DNA of 64,000 nucleotides from Candidatus Poseidoniaceae archaeon (GCA_943788655.1 CALSRB010000002.1:200989-264988); one strand, 5' to 3'; shown: positions 1-9,012, counted from the first letter of the stretch. Program-made: numbers and translations. Notes: generated from the sequence alone by a model not told the origin.

Positions 1-91
1 TGTTCACGAGGTCTTTCAGTTCATCTACTTGGCTCTGAAGATCTCGCACCCTTTGGCGCATCTCCGTTTTTGTTTCAAGCTCTCGCTCCAT
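1..91 (-). CDS. Partial CDS running off the left edge of the window; only the N-terminus is visible (MERELETKTEMRQRVRDLQSQVDELKDLVN...) and looks coiled-coil. Function unknown.
   Basis: ATG at 91..89 on the minus strand opens a frame that stays open to position 1. A TTTTAAC TATA-like element lies about 45 nt upstream at roughly 137..146. Too short to assign a family. Confidence 0.3.
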   Translation of the reverse strand, partial: MERELETKTEMRQRVRDLQSQVDELKDLVN

Positions 92-214
92 TTCTCATCC
101 CATCCGGAGAAGTTGCCTTCTCCAAGAAAACATTTGTTAAAATCACCTTATAGCCTTTGAGGGCAACACTTCGCCTCCCCCTCGCATTTCGATAGGTTCA
201 GTTCGACGCGAAGC

Positions 215-224
215 GGTTATATTG
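215..224 (+). promoter_or_regulatory. Putative archaeal TATA box (GGTTATATTGG) upstream of tRNA-Thr
   Basis: TTATAT sits about 29 nt upstream of the mature tRNA 5' end at 249, which is typical box A spacing for archaea. Confidence 0.45.
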
Positions 225-248
225 GTCCGGTAAGTCGCCACGACTACT

Positions 249-323
249 GCCACCGTGGCTTAGCGGTATAGCACCTCATTGGTAATGAGGAGGTCGCGAG
301 TTCAATTCTCGCCGGTGGCTCCA
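249..323 (+). tRNA. tRNA-Thr: tRNA-Thr (anticodon GGU) with genomically encoded CCA
   Basis: Cloverleaf read directly. The 7-bp acceptor stem is GCCACCG/CGGTGGC. The D-loop is AGCGGTA with A14, G18, G19 and A21. The anticodon stem is CCTCA/TGAGG with loop TTGGTAA, giving anticodon GGT. The variable loop is 5 nt. The T-arm is GCGAG-TTCAATT-CTCGC. The discriminator is U and CCA follows. Confidence 0.85.
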
Positions 324-365
324 TTCTCACTCTTCAAACGAGATGGAACGGTTGAACCGAAGCAT

Positions 366-1169
366 TCACTCTTCCGAATCAAGCGGGGTAAGTGCCATAA
401 TGTGCATTTTTAGATCTTCCATTTCGGCCTTCATGTCATGAAGGATTTTGGAAAAACCTTGGTCGTCCTCGTCTTCGATGTCGATGGCCGCCATTGTGTT
501 TGTGAACACTGCAATGAACATGTTGAGGAATGTGAACGAAGTGCTGATGATGTACGCCATGAAGAAACTCGCTGCCCACCAGCCCTGTTCCTCCACAATC
601 GCTCGTGCGATGCCATTTGACCAAGATTCGAGGGTCATGATTTGGAAAAGTGAGAAGAGGGAAAGACCAAGATTACCGAAGTACATCTCACCTGCATCCC
701 CTCCCTCAGCAAACAGCATCGTACCCATGACAGAGAAGACATACATGACGATGACTAGCAGCCAACTGATGGCCATAATGCCCCGTAATGACCTGACCAT
801 GGCTTCAACCATGCGTTGCATCTCTGGCATACTCGATACCAAACGAAGTGCCCGAAACACACGGAACACACGGAGTATGCTAAGTGGACCTGACGCTGGA
901 GCAATCGAAAACAGAACAATCAGGAAGTCAAAATTGTTCCACGAATCACGAAAAAATCGCGGGCCGTTCCCAACCAGTCGAATGGTCAATTCAAGGATGA
1001 AGATCCATAGAATAAGCGAGTCAAGCCCATCCAGCACTGAAAGAATCGAATGCGGGAAAGGAAATGTTTCGAGTCCGATGGTCACCGCGTTAATGACAAT
1101 AAGAGCAAGGATCGCATTTTGAAAGCGAGAACTCTCTGACAAATCATAGCACTTGGCACTGTACTTCAT
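366..1169 (-). CDS. Voltage-gated sodium channel of the bacterial NaChBac/NavBac type: six TM segments, an S4 voltage sensor with Arg at every third position (LRVFRVFRALRLV), and the selectivity filter FQIMTLESWS.
   Basis: ATG start at 1169. The sequence aligns by eye along its whole length with NaChBac. S1 is VINAVTIGLETFP against NALIVGIETYP. S3 contains the FFRDSWNNFDFLIV region. S4 has RxxRxxRxxR. The pore is LFQIMTLESWSNGIARAIV against LFQVVTLESWASGVMRPIF. The protein ends in an acidic cytoplasmic tail. Confidence 0.85.
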   Translation of the reverse strand: MKYSAKCYDLSESSRFQNAILALIVINAVTIGLETFPFPHSILSVLDGLDSLILWIFILELTIRLVGNGPRFFRDSWNNFDFLIVLFSIAPASGPLSILRVFRVFRALRLVSSMPEMQRMVEAMVRSLRGIMAISWLLVIVMYVFSVMGTMLFAEGGDAGEMYFGNLGLSLFSLFQIMTLESWSNGIARAIVEEQGWWAASFFMAYIISTSFTFLNMFIAVFTNTMAAIDIEDEDDQGFSKILHDMKAEMEDLKMHIMALTPLDSEE

Positions 1170-1190
1170 GCGTTATAATTAATTTCGCTT

Positions 1191-1199
1191 GTTTAAATT
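1191..1199 (-). promoter_or_regulatory. Putative TATA box (AATTTAAAC on the minus strand) for the Na-channel gene, implying a leaderless transcript
   Basis: The A/T-rich box lies about 22 to 30 nt upstream of the ATG at 1169, with no room for an SD-bearing leader. Confidence 0.4.
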
Positions 1200-1550
1200 C
1201 TTACCCCGGTCGAGTCGTCTCCTTGAAATGATTCCTCCCCTCATGAATCGCGGTCGTTGAAAGGGCCAAAACCGGAATGAAATTTATATCTCAACGGTGA
1301 GTTTCCAAACATGGCCCTTACCTTTATCGATGCCGTAACAATTCGTTGTGGTACGCACTCAGTGTTCGAAACAGCAAAAGATGAAACAATCGTCATGTGC
1401 TTGATTGAGCTACCTGTGGAACGCACAAAAATAAAAACTTGGACCACCTCACGTGGAAACTTCTATCGAAACACTCGAACCATCAGCAGTTTCGTGCCAT
1501 TTGTGTGACACCATGCGCACAGGTGGAGCGTACGCAGTCTCTCAAAAAAG

Positions 1551-1633
1551 CGCCGAGAGAGAGATTTGAACTCCCGAATCCAAAGGAAACACGATTTCCA
1601 GTCGCGCGCAATACCAGGCTATGCGATCTCGGC
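1551..1633 (-). tRNA. tRNA-Ser: tRNA-Ser (anticodon GGA), class II with a long variable arm, no encoded CCA, followed by a T6 run
   Basis: Read on the minus strand. The acceptor stem is GCCGAGA/TCTCGGC. The anticodon stem is CGCGA/TCGTG with loop CTGGAAA, giving anticodon GGA. The variable arm is 14 nt. The T-arm is GGGAG-TTCAAAT-CTCTC. The discriminator is G, and CTTTTTT follows at plus 1545..1550. The ORF-track entry 1439..1639 overlaps this tRNA and is spurious. Confidence 0.75.
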
Positions 1634-1697
1634 TTGTAACTCGGCCACTTGCCTTCCCCGTTTAATGCTCACGGAAAAATATCAATGAGAAAATGTA

Positions 1698-2909
1698 GTG
1701 GCCCGAGCAAAAGAACTCATAGGGAGACCTCTTAGCCAGTGCATGAGCGAGGAACATGGTCCTGACTCTGTGGCACTCTCAGAGGGGGATGTAGCCGCAG
1801 GAACCGACCATGGAGGCATGCCATTCCGCCTTCGTGATTTTTCACCACTCGTTTCTGTATCCAGCCTCCATGAACTCGCAGCACCTCTTGACAGGCTCCA
1901 GTGTGAAGTGCAATTTCAAACAAAGCTGGCTATTTTCGAATGGGAGCGAAAGCATTGGATCACAATGGCGCTTGGAGCAGTGGCATTCTTGCTGGGTTCA
2001 CTTTCTCCTGAGGTGATGAGTGGGGGCGACCCTATGCTCATCGGTGCCGAAGGGATTCAATCCGTATCCAGTGCTGTCTTCCTCCAAATGATTCTCTCAG
2101 TCATTCTTTGGGTTTGGTTTGCGGTTCAGATCTGGTCGCTCTTTCCAATCATGCGAACCCACGCAATATCTTTGCTCGCGTTCTGGAATCTATTCATCGT
2201 AGCACAATTGTTGTACCACAACGAAAACCCATCGTTCCCAATCGGAGTGAGCGCATCCCAAATGATGATGGGAACATTGGTGATCCTCGTCGTTCTCTTC
2301 TTCATTTACTTCTTTTGGAAAGCCGTGTCTGAAACACGAGACTTGCACATCGAGGAATACCACCTTCACGAAGACGTTCGATTGATGGAAATGGAAATGG
2401 CAGAGCATTCGCTGAGTGGTTGGGGCCTCATGTTGCTTACATGGACGGGAACTACAACGCTCTCATCATGGGCTGGGGCGCATTACATTGCCGATCAAAG
2501 CGTTGGCACAATCGGCACACTGCTCGTGCACATCGTGTTCGGACTGCTTTCTCTTCCTGTGCTGATGATGGTTGTTTGGTACCCACAACGGATGCTTGGC
2601 CAAGACACAGTGGTACGCACCAAAGCAGCCATAGCAGCAGATGCTGAACTCCTGATTCAAAGCGGAACCACCTCCGTTGCAAACCACGGTAAATCGGTCT
2701 GCCCGGAATGTAACGAAGAGGTGAGCATATCTCGAAACAAGAAGGGTGAAATCATGGTACCGTGCGTAACAGAAGGGTGCACTGGACGATCGGCTGTCGG
2801 CAAAGCGTGTCCAAAGTGCAAATCAACGACACCAACTCGATATGATTGTCCGTCATGTGGAATTAATGCACCCGTCCTCGATTTCCTGTCTGATGTGGAG
2901 GTGTGGTGA
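1698..2909 (+). CDS. Polytopic membrane protein of about 6 TM helices with two C-terminal cytoplasmic zinc ribbons (CPECN...C..C and CPKC...CPSC). Function unknown.
   Basis: Hydrophobic helices run from roughly aa 90 to 300. The Cys4 pairs lie in the last 75 aa. The stop TGA at 2907..2909 overlaps the sufS ATG. The true start may be internal, for example M at MALGAVAFLL; the N-terminal 85 aa are hydrophilic. Confidence 0.5.
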   Translation: MARAKELIGRPLSQCMSEEHGPDSVALSEGDVAAGTDHGGMPFRLRDFSPLVSVSSLHELAAPLDRLQCEVQFQTKLAIFEWERKHWITMALGAVAFLLGSLSPEVMSGGDPMLIGAEGIQSVSSAVFLQMILSVILWVWFAVQIWSLFPIMRTHAISLLAFWNLFIVAQLLYHNENPSFPIGVSASQMMMGTLVILVVLFFIYFFWKAVSETRDLHIEEYHLHEDVRLMEMEMAEHSLSGWGLMLLTWTGTTTLSSWAGAHYIADQSVGTIGTLLVHIVFGLLSLPVLMMVVWYPQRMLGQDTVVRTKAAIAADAELLIQSGTTSVANHGKSVCPECNEEVSISRNKKGEIMVPCVTEGCTGRSAVGKACPKCKSTTPTRYDCPSCGINAPVLDFLSDVEVW

Positions 2910-4126
2910 TGAATTTCAAGCAACTTAGAGAAGATTTCCCGACGCTTAGAGCAGATCCAAACCTCGCATACCTCGATAATGCATGCGTGACACTGAAACC
3001 GGATTCTGTTGTCGATGCCATTCATGAATACTACACGACAAGTCCAGGATGTGGTGGTCGTTCGGTTCACAGGTATGGAACGAAAGTTTCCCGACAAACA
3101 GCGACAGCTCGCACAAAGTTGGCGGCCTTCATCAATGCAAACAGCAAGAACGAAATGGTGTTCACAAGAAACGCAACCCAATCCTTGAATCAAGTCGCAC
3201 ATGGAATGAAGTGGGACAAAGGCGACGTCGTGCTAACAACCGACCGAGAGCACAACTCCAACCTCGTCCCATGGCTTCAACTCGGACGTGAGCAAGGCGT
3301 CGACCACCGAATCGTAGCATCGAATCCAGACAATTCATTCGACATCGAAGGCTTTGAGGCAGCATGTGCAGAAGCAGGATCAAAACTGAAACTCGTATCC
3401 ATGAGCCATGTGGGCAACCTCGACGGAGTCACCCTCCCGATTAAAGAAATAGCAAAAATCACACATGACCATGGCGCATTGATTTGTGTCGACGGGGCGC
3501 AATCTACACCTCATATGAACGTCGACGTCCAAGATTTGGACATCGATTTCCTCGCCTTCTCAATCCACAAAATGTGTGGTCCCTCCGGGATGGGTGGCTT
3601 GTGGGGGCGGTACGACCTACTGGAGAATTTACGCACCATCCAAGCTGGAGGACAAACGGTTCAAACCTCGACCTACGATTCAATCGAATGGGCTGCACCA
3701 CCGGCACGGTTTGAAGGTGGACTTGGCCATTTTTCCGGCATGATTGGAACAGGAGCGGCAATTGATTACCTCGCTGCACTTGACATGAGCGCCGTAAAGC
3801 AGCATGAAATCAAGTTGAACAGAATTATGAGCGACACAGTGAGTGGTTTGGCTGGTGTGGACATCATCGGCCCAAAAGACCCTGCGGAACGAGGCGGTAT
3901 CTGCTCTATTTTGATGCATGATCTTCCTGCACATGACATCGCACTGTTGCTCGACGAAGCAGCAGGCGTGATGGTTCGCAGTGGTCAGCACTGTGTCCAC
4001 TCATGGTTTAACGCCCGAGGACATGCAAATGGGTCCCTCAGGGCATCCGCATATTTTTACAACACCGAAGAAGAAGTGAAATTGTTTGCTGACACCTTCG
4101 AAGAGGCCGTCCAAGCGTTCAGTTGA
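2909..4126 (+). CDS. sufS: Cysteine desulfurase, SufS-type (class V aminotransferase)
   Basis: The PLP-lysine motif FSIHKMCGPSGMGGLWG is present. The SufS catalytic Cys loop RSGQHCVHSWFNARG is present. The ORF track started at GTG 2903, and the ATG at 2909 is preferred here. The stop overlaps the start region of the next gene. Confidence 0.85.
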   Translation: MNFKQLREDFPTLRADPNLAYLDNACVTLKPDSVVDAIHEYYTTSPGCGGRSVHRYGTKVSRQTATARTKLAAFINANSKNEMVFTRNATQSLNQVAHGMKWDKGDVVLTTDREHNSNLVPWLQLGREQGVDHRIVASNPDNSFDIEGFEAACAEAGSKLKLVSMSHVGNLDGVTLPIKEIAKITHDHGALICVDGAQSTPHMNVDVQDLDIDFLAFSIHKMCGPSGMGGLWGRYDLLENLRTIQAGGQTVQTSTYDSIEWAAPPARFEGGLGHFSGMIGTGAAIDYLAALDMSAVKQHEIKLNRIMSDTVSGLAGVDIIGPKDPAERGGICSILMHDLPAHDIALLLDEAAGVMVRSGQHCVHSWFNARGHANGSLRASAYFYNTEEEVKLFADTFEEAVQAFS

Positions 4127-4131
4127 TTCAA

Positions 4132-5376
4132 ATGGAAGAGCAAATTAGTGATGAGGGTGTTCAGAACGAGCACAACCGGGTCGTGATGCCGCCCCTGCAA
4201 CCATTGCCTCAGATCTCGCAGCCAAGTGTCTGGGATAGCCAAAAGGCAATCCTGCACCCACCACAAACACGCCAACCACAACTCGATGAGGACATTCAGA
4301 CCGCAAAAAAAATCGTCAGTTTCTCAATCACGTTAATTATGATTGTGAGTCTTGCGTACGCTGGTTTTGTGCTGTTTGACGGTGATGCACTCACAGGCTA
4401 TCGCCCGGGTGATGCAGCCCTTGACTCCCAGCGTGTGTACAGTGATTTGATTCAGGCTGATCAAGTCAACTTGAACGGGGCAGGCGTAACAGTTTGCATT
4501 GTCGATTCAGGACTGAATCCAGACCATCAGGACCTCGATGGTCTAAAAGTGACCAAATGGAAGGATTTTGTTGGCGGAGCGAACAACCCCTACGATGACC
4601 ACGGGCACGGCACGAGCATGGCAGGAATTTTAGTCGCCGATGGATGGATGAAAGGAGTGGCGCCAAAAGTCAACCTGCTGGTCGCTAAAGCACTCGCTGA
4701 AAACGGCTCCGGCGATGACACAGTCGTGGCCGATGCCATCGACTGGTGTGCTGAAAATGGTGCACACATCATTTCGCTATCCCTCGGTGGAGCGCCAGGT
4801 ATTCTCCCGTTTAATTTTGGAAATGGTCGTTCATCTGCCCAAGCAGCAGAAGAAGCTGTTGAATCTGGAATCTTTGTCATCGCAGCAGCAGGGAACGATG
4901 GTGGGGACGATGACGATGGAGACGTCGCTACCCCTTGCAGTGAAACAGCCGTTATTTGCGTAGGTGGCGCAACGCAATCAGGCACCCATTGGGAAGGTTC
5001 GTCCGTTGGAGATAACAATGGCCGCATTTGGCCGCTGCCAATCATTACGCCTCGATCGGACCCTCACAAGAAACCAGAGATTGTGGCGCCAGCAAAGTCG
5101 GTCGCCGTCATCAACAAGGAAGGAACTTGGTCATTAAGTGATGGCACTAGCGCTGCAACAGTGTACGTCACTGGAGCGATTGCCATGTTGCTCCAAAACA
5201 ACCCAGAACTCGCAGCGAATGGAACCCAAGACGACATCGCAAACATCAATCAGGTGAAGGAATGGATTCAGCAATCATCGATGCCACGCCCCTCCCAAAC
5301 CGGTCATGACGACAATTACGGCTACGGCCTGTTACAGATCAAGGCGCTCATCGATGCTGCAAATTCCGATGAATGA
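4132..5376 (+). CDS. Subtilisin-like serine protease (S8) with a type II membrane anchor and a Pro/Gln-rich N-terminal cytoplasmic segment
   Basis: The Asp, His and Ser catalytic triad motifs are VCIVDSGLNPDHQDL, HGHGTSMAGIL and GTSAATVYVTGAIAML. One TM helix (IVSFSITLIMIVSLAYAGFVLF) follows about 60 cytoplasmic residues that include PPLQPLPQISQP. The track start is TTG at 4123; ATG at 4132 is preferred. Confidence 0.8.
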   Translation: MEEQISDEGVQNEHNRVVMPPLQPLPQISQPSVWDSQKAILHPPQTRQPQLDEDIQTAKKIVSFSITLIMIVSLAYAGFVLFDGDALTGYRPGDAALDSQRVYSDLIQADQVNLNGAGVTVCIVDSGLNPDHQDLDGLKVTKWKDFVGGANNPYDDHGHGTSMAGILVADGWMKGVAPKVNLLVAKALAENGSGDDTVVADAIDWCAENGAHIISLSLGGAPGILPFNFGNGRSSAQAAEEAVESGIFVIAAAGNDGGDDDDGDVATPCSETAVICVGGATQSGTHWEGSSVGDNNGRIWPLPIITPRSDPHKKPEIVAPAKSVAVINKEGTWSLSDGTSAATVYVTGAIAMLLQNNPELAANGTQDDIANINQVKEWIQQSSMPRPSQTGHDDNYGYGLLQIKALIDAANSDE

Positions 5377-6120
5377 TTATTTTCGTACCATCGCAACCAA
5401 CGTACCACCGAAGAGCGGCATGAATCCAATATGATGTGTTTCATTGCACGATTGAATCAATTCAATCCATTCATTGAACCCGTTCACGAGTTCCATACCG
5501 TCCGCATCTTCGGGTTCAACATCGCCAACTGGCATGTCAGGTTCGAGCGTAAAAAGAACGCCACCCGGAGCCAAAAATGGTAGCATCAGTTCTACATTCT
5601 TTGCCCGTTGAGCGTTTGTCCCATCGACAATGATGGCATCGGCTTCCGGTTGGATTGGTGCGTCGCCCACTTCAAGTCCTGTGGATGATGCTGCCTTCCA
5701 TGCAAGGGTTTCCCCCACCAATGCATCGAGAACGCCAACAACAATTTTGGTGTAGGATTCCCCTTCATAGCGGGTCATGAGTCGATGTAAGATGACGGCA
5801 AATTTAGCGCCATTTTCGATGATGTCATACCGTTCGGGAGTGAACCCATCCGAGGTGAAGAGGTCATACACCCAAGCCGAGCGGTGGCCGATGCCACCGC
5901 CAACCTCGATCATTCGTTGGGGCTTGAGACGGGCCAGTGCATCCCGCAGGCGTCGGTGAACAGAAATTGACCATGTAGAAAGGCCCATGTGCTGAAGTTG
6001 TGACCCAATATTTGCAGCGATTTCGGGCTCGTCTCGGCTTCGCAATGGGTCGGCACTCAGCAACTGAGCGAGCGCATCAGTTTTGTCGAGCGTCGCATCG
6101 GCCCCCGCTTCACTTGACAT
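5377..6120 (-). CDS. Class I SAM-dependent methyltransferase, O-methyltransferase family-3-like
   Basis: The SAM-binding motif I is MIEVGGGIGHRSAWV, with an LAPGGVLF motif after it. The start is uncertain, because the track start abuts the divergent gene by only 3 nt. Confidence 0.55.
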   Translation of the reverse strand: MSSEAGADATLDKTDALAQLLSADPLRSRDEPEIAANIGSQLQHMGLSTWSISVHRRLRDALARLKPQRMIEVGGGIGHRSAWVYDLFTSDGFTPERYDIIENGAKFAVILHRLMTRYEGESYTKIVVGVLDALVGETLAWKAASSTGLEVGDAPIQPEADAIIVDGTNAQRAKNVELMLPFLAPGGVLFTLEPDMPVGDVEPEDADGMELVNGFNEWIELIQSCNETHHIGFMPLFGGTLVAMVRK

Positions 6121-6123
6121 GAA

Positions 6124-6999
6124 TTGGCCTCATGTGGCACCCCCTTGAAGCCTCGCATCCGACCACATCATGCGCCGGTGACTTCAAACGAGAGGGATTG
6201 CGCGCAGAGCATGGGGAACTGCATGGAAGACGACAAATCGATGGACGATTTTTTCGAAGAAGAGGAAGTCTTTCTCGAAAATGCAGTTCACTGCCCGATT
6301 TGCGATGATTTGACTGGTCATGAAATACTCAATGAGAAACCCAAAGGAACAGGTGCAGATTACTTGCTAAAATGCATTGATTGCAGCAAGGTACACACAG
6401 TACATATTCGGCCTCCACCAGTTGTCGAAATCCCATTCATCCTCACTGAAGGCCCCCAATCAAGCACCTCTCGATTGGAAATAGACGCCGATGAAATGAT
6501 CGAACTCGAGGACGTTTTCAAGGACGGTGAGAAACTTTGGCGAATCAATCAGATTGAACTCCACAATGGAAAGAAAGCAAAGCGAGCCGAAGCGAGCCTC
6601 ATCGCTCGTGCCTCAGCCCTTCGCTCTGACATGGTGCGTGTGAAACTCACCATGACGCGCGGGGAAGAATCTGAAGCTGACGTGTTGGTTGTTCCTGAGG
6701 AGACGAAATATACTGCAGGACACCTCATTGACCTCGAAGGAAAAACATGGCGAATCCGAGCCATCCATACGGGAAGAGGTCGAACTCTCCGTGGTACGGT
6801 CGATGCACCAGATATCAAGCGAATGTATTTGCATGAACCACCAAATCCTGAGCACTTTGAACCCCGCACTCCGAGGGAACGACGCCAAGCATGGAAAGAG
6901 GGCCGACTCGGATTCAATCCAAATCCAGTGCTTCCCAAAGAAATTACGAAGAAGGGTGTCAATCCAAACAACCGTCGTAGAAAGCAGCCAAGACGCTGA
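6124..6999 (+). CDS. Conserved archaeal zinc-ribbon protein (CPICDD...CIDCSKVH) with a strongly basic, Pro-rich C-terminal tail. Possibly nucleic-acid binding; function unknown.
   Basis: A Cys4 ribbon lies near the N-terminus, followed by a beta-rich middle region and a tail ending NPNNRRRKQPRR. The real start is probably an internal ATG (MEDDKS... or MDDFFEEEE...), giving a product of about 250 aa. Confidence 0.45.
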   Translation: MASCGTPLKPRIRPHHAPVTSNERDCAQSMGNCMEDDKSMDDFFEEEEVFLENAVHCPICDDLTGHEILNEKPKGTGADYLLKCIDCSKVHTVHIRPPPVVEIPFILTEGPQSSTSRLEIDADEMIELEDVFKDGEKLWRINQIELHNGKKAKRAEASLIARASALRSDMVRVKLTMTRGEESEADVLVVPEETKYTAGHLIDLEGKTWRIRAIHTGRGRTLRGTVDAPDIKRMYLHEPPNPEHFEPRTPRERRQAWKEGRLGFNPNPVLPKEITKKGVNPNNRRRKQPRR

Positions 7000-7977
7000 T
7001 TATGGACGATTTGTCCAGGGCATCAAGAATGCCTTGGCAACTTGAGCGCCCACAGTTGGGTTTTCTTTCAAACGGCGTATGCTGTACTCATACCACTTTT
7101 CGCCGTACGGTATGTACACCCGGGTGCGGTGACCCGCAGCGGCTAATTTTCTACGAAGGGGTCCACGAACACCAAGGAGCATTTGAAATTCATAGCCGGG
7201 CCCTTTGAAATCCCGGGCATCCCCTGAATTTGTTCGAGGGTCTTCGATCCCGGGACCCATTCCGAACGATTCCAATGCAGATGTTGCGTGGTTGATAACT
7301 GGAAGGTCATGGCTTGCTATCGAGCAGTACGCACCAGCCGCAAGCATTCGATCGATGGAGGCATTTGTTGCGTCAACAATATCCTGGTAACCTGTGTAGG
7401 CTATTTCTTCTGGTTCGAGATAGATTCCCTTGCAGATTCTGTAGTCAGCTGCTGGGCCGAGTTCAGTTTCAAGGTAATTGATGTCGTCAAGCGTTCTGAA
7501 GAGGCGACCCTGAAGGACGGTACCAACATTGGTGAGCCCTTGTTTGTGGAGGTCGATGACGGCCTGAATCGTATCTGTTGTGACGCGATGGTCTTCCATG
7601 TCGAGGCGAACAAACATATTCTGCTCATTAGCCATCCGAACAAGTTTCTCGATGTTTGCCATGCCTTTTTCTTTGTCGATAAGCAAGCCAAACGCTGTCG
7701 GCTTGATCGATAAATTCGCATCTAAATTTGAAGAGCGAATGGCTTGGAGAACTCGAACGTATTCATCGAGGAAAAATTGCGCTTCGTCCATGTTAGAGAT
7801 TTCTTCCCCCAAAACATCGACCGTGAAGCATGCTCCTTCACTGCTCAGACGTTTCATGATTCGGAGCGCATCATCAAGCGTTGAACCAGCCACATAACGC
7901 CGTGAAACCCAACCGACGAACCATTTTGGCATACGAACGGTAGCGGCCACGACCGTTCGAGAAAAGAGACCGACCAT
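7000..7977 (-). CDS. Proline dehydrogenase (PRODH domain, PutA-like monofunctional)
   Basis: PRODH family motifs are visible: ICKGIYLE, the ...DMEDH... acidic stretch, and the C-terminal RVYIPYGEKWYEYSIRRLKENP, which matches the YGxxWxxYxxRRxxENP signature. Confidence 0.75.
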   Translation of the reverse strand: MVGLFSRTVVAATVRMPKWFVGWVSRRYVAGSTLDDALRIMKRLSSEGACFTVDVLGEEISNMDEAQFFLDEYVRVLQAIRSSNLDANLSIKPTAFGLLIDKEKGMANIEKLVRMANEQNMFVRLDMEDHRVTTDTIQAVIDLHKQGLTNVGTVLQGRLFRTLDDINYLETELGPAADYRICKGIYLEPEEIAYTGYQDIVDATNASIDRMLAAGAYCSIASHDLPVINHATSALESFGMGPGIEDPRTNSGDARDFKGPGYEFQMLLGVRGPLRRKLAAAGHRTRVYIPYGEKWYEYSIRRLKENPTVGAQVAKAFLMPWTNRP

Positions 7978-8049
7978 GGCTTCACCTGTTTCATTGTCAG
8001 TGCAGGAGATTCTTGAGGCTTGTTGCTCTTATGGTTGAAGGGTTTGACA

Positions 8050-9012
8050 TCATTCAACTAAACCAAGCACGCCTTTTCGCTTCAAAAGTGGAATTCCTAA
8101 GTCAGACAAATGCTTCCGAATGGCTTGTCGTTGCCACCCCTTGAACGCCTTTCGATCCATCGAGAACACAATGTTTCCACCGGGGAAGGCTCGTTGAGTC
8201 GAAGCAAGGGCTGCATCAATGGATTGCCGCCACAAGCCAGAGGCAAGTTGCCCCTCTTCTGGTTCGTCCTCAAATGGCAACGCATAGGTGGCGAGCATGT
8301 GACCCAACCAAACGCCTTCTGTTGAAGCGATGATGTTTCCTCGGGGCGCATAGTGCCCGCCACCCAACGTGATGAGAACCGGTTCGCCCTTGTTCACTTC
8401 TTCATCCCATGAACCAAAGCCTGGACCTCCATCCAAACCCAAGCCATCGTGAATGAGTTGACCGAGCAATGCCGCTGCGCCGGCGTGACCCCATGTTGCC
8501 GATGTGGAACCAACCTCGATGAACAAACATGGAACATTGAGCCAAGGGCCATGATGGGTTACTTCAAGGGAAACATCGAACGCTTCGCCTAAGTCGACAT
8601 TCGGCGTGCGTTCGAGAAGACATCGCCACCAAGAGGCGAGGCGTGTTGAAGGCGGCGGTGCGTCCCCTGCTTTCCCACCGTATGGAGGGTGACTGTGAGG
8701 ATCAAGTTGCATCACACCGATTGGGTGAACTGTCAAACATGCCCGCCCACTTTCTGCGACGTGGCGTGATGGAAAGATGACTTCACGAACCGTTTCGCCT
8801 GTTGACTCGAACCAACGTTGGTCGATGTTGTCTTCACGCAAGACACCTTCGGGAAAGACCCACATTCGGACATGTTGACTTCCGTAAGCGGGGTAACCCT
8901 CCACAGCCGTCAAGGCCTTCCATGCCCCAATTTTTCGGATAAAGTCAGCTTGGTTCGTAGATGCGATGTCGCCTCCACTCACTGCGATGAGCACAACATT
9001 GTCCGCACCCAT
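8050..9012 (-). CDS. Probable archaeal-type D-aminoacyl-tRNA deacylase (Dtd2/DtdA family). Uncertain.
   Basis: A GGGHYAP motif near the C-terminus and the overall size fit DTD2. The track's N-terminal extension up to 9186 overlaps the divergent gene at 9088, so the start was trimmed to the internal ATG (MGADNVVLIAVSGG...). Confidence 0.4.
   Translation of the reverse strand: MGADNVVLIAVSGGDIASTNQADFIRKIGAWKALTAVEGYPAYGSQHVRMWVFPEGVLREDNIDQRWFESTGETVREVIFPSRHVAESGRACLTVHPIGVMQLDPHSHPPYGGKAGDAPPPSTRLASWWRCLLERTPNVDLGEAFDVSLEVTHHGPWLNVPCLFIEVGSTSATWGHAGAAALLGQLIHDGLGLDGGPGFGSWDEEVNKGEPVLITLGGGHYAPRGNIIASTEGVWLGHMLATYALPFEDEPEEGQLASGLWRQSIDAALASTQRAFPGGNIVFSMDRKAFKGWQRQAIRKHLSDLGIPLLKRKGVLGLVE

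Noticed and set aside
448-1122. 224-aa plus-strand ORF
   Set aside because: It is antisense to the well-supported Na-channel gene, and its translation is low-complexity with no motif.
1439-1639. ORF-track 66-aa ORF
   Set aside because: It overlaps the tRNA-Ser (GGA) gene on the opposite strand, with no coding signal.
4123-4131. TTG start proposed by the ORF track for the subtilase (and similar GTG/TTG starts at 2903, 11385, 17376, 26625, 53498 and 63923)
   Set aside because: The track treats GTG and TTG as Met. In each case an in-frame ATG a few codons downstream gives a canonical N-terminus, so the ATG was preferred. 63923 is not a start at all, because the frame is open to the window edge.
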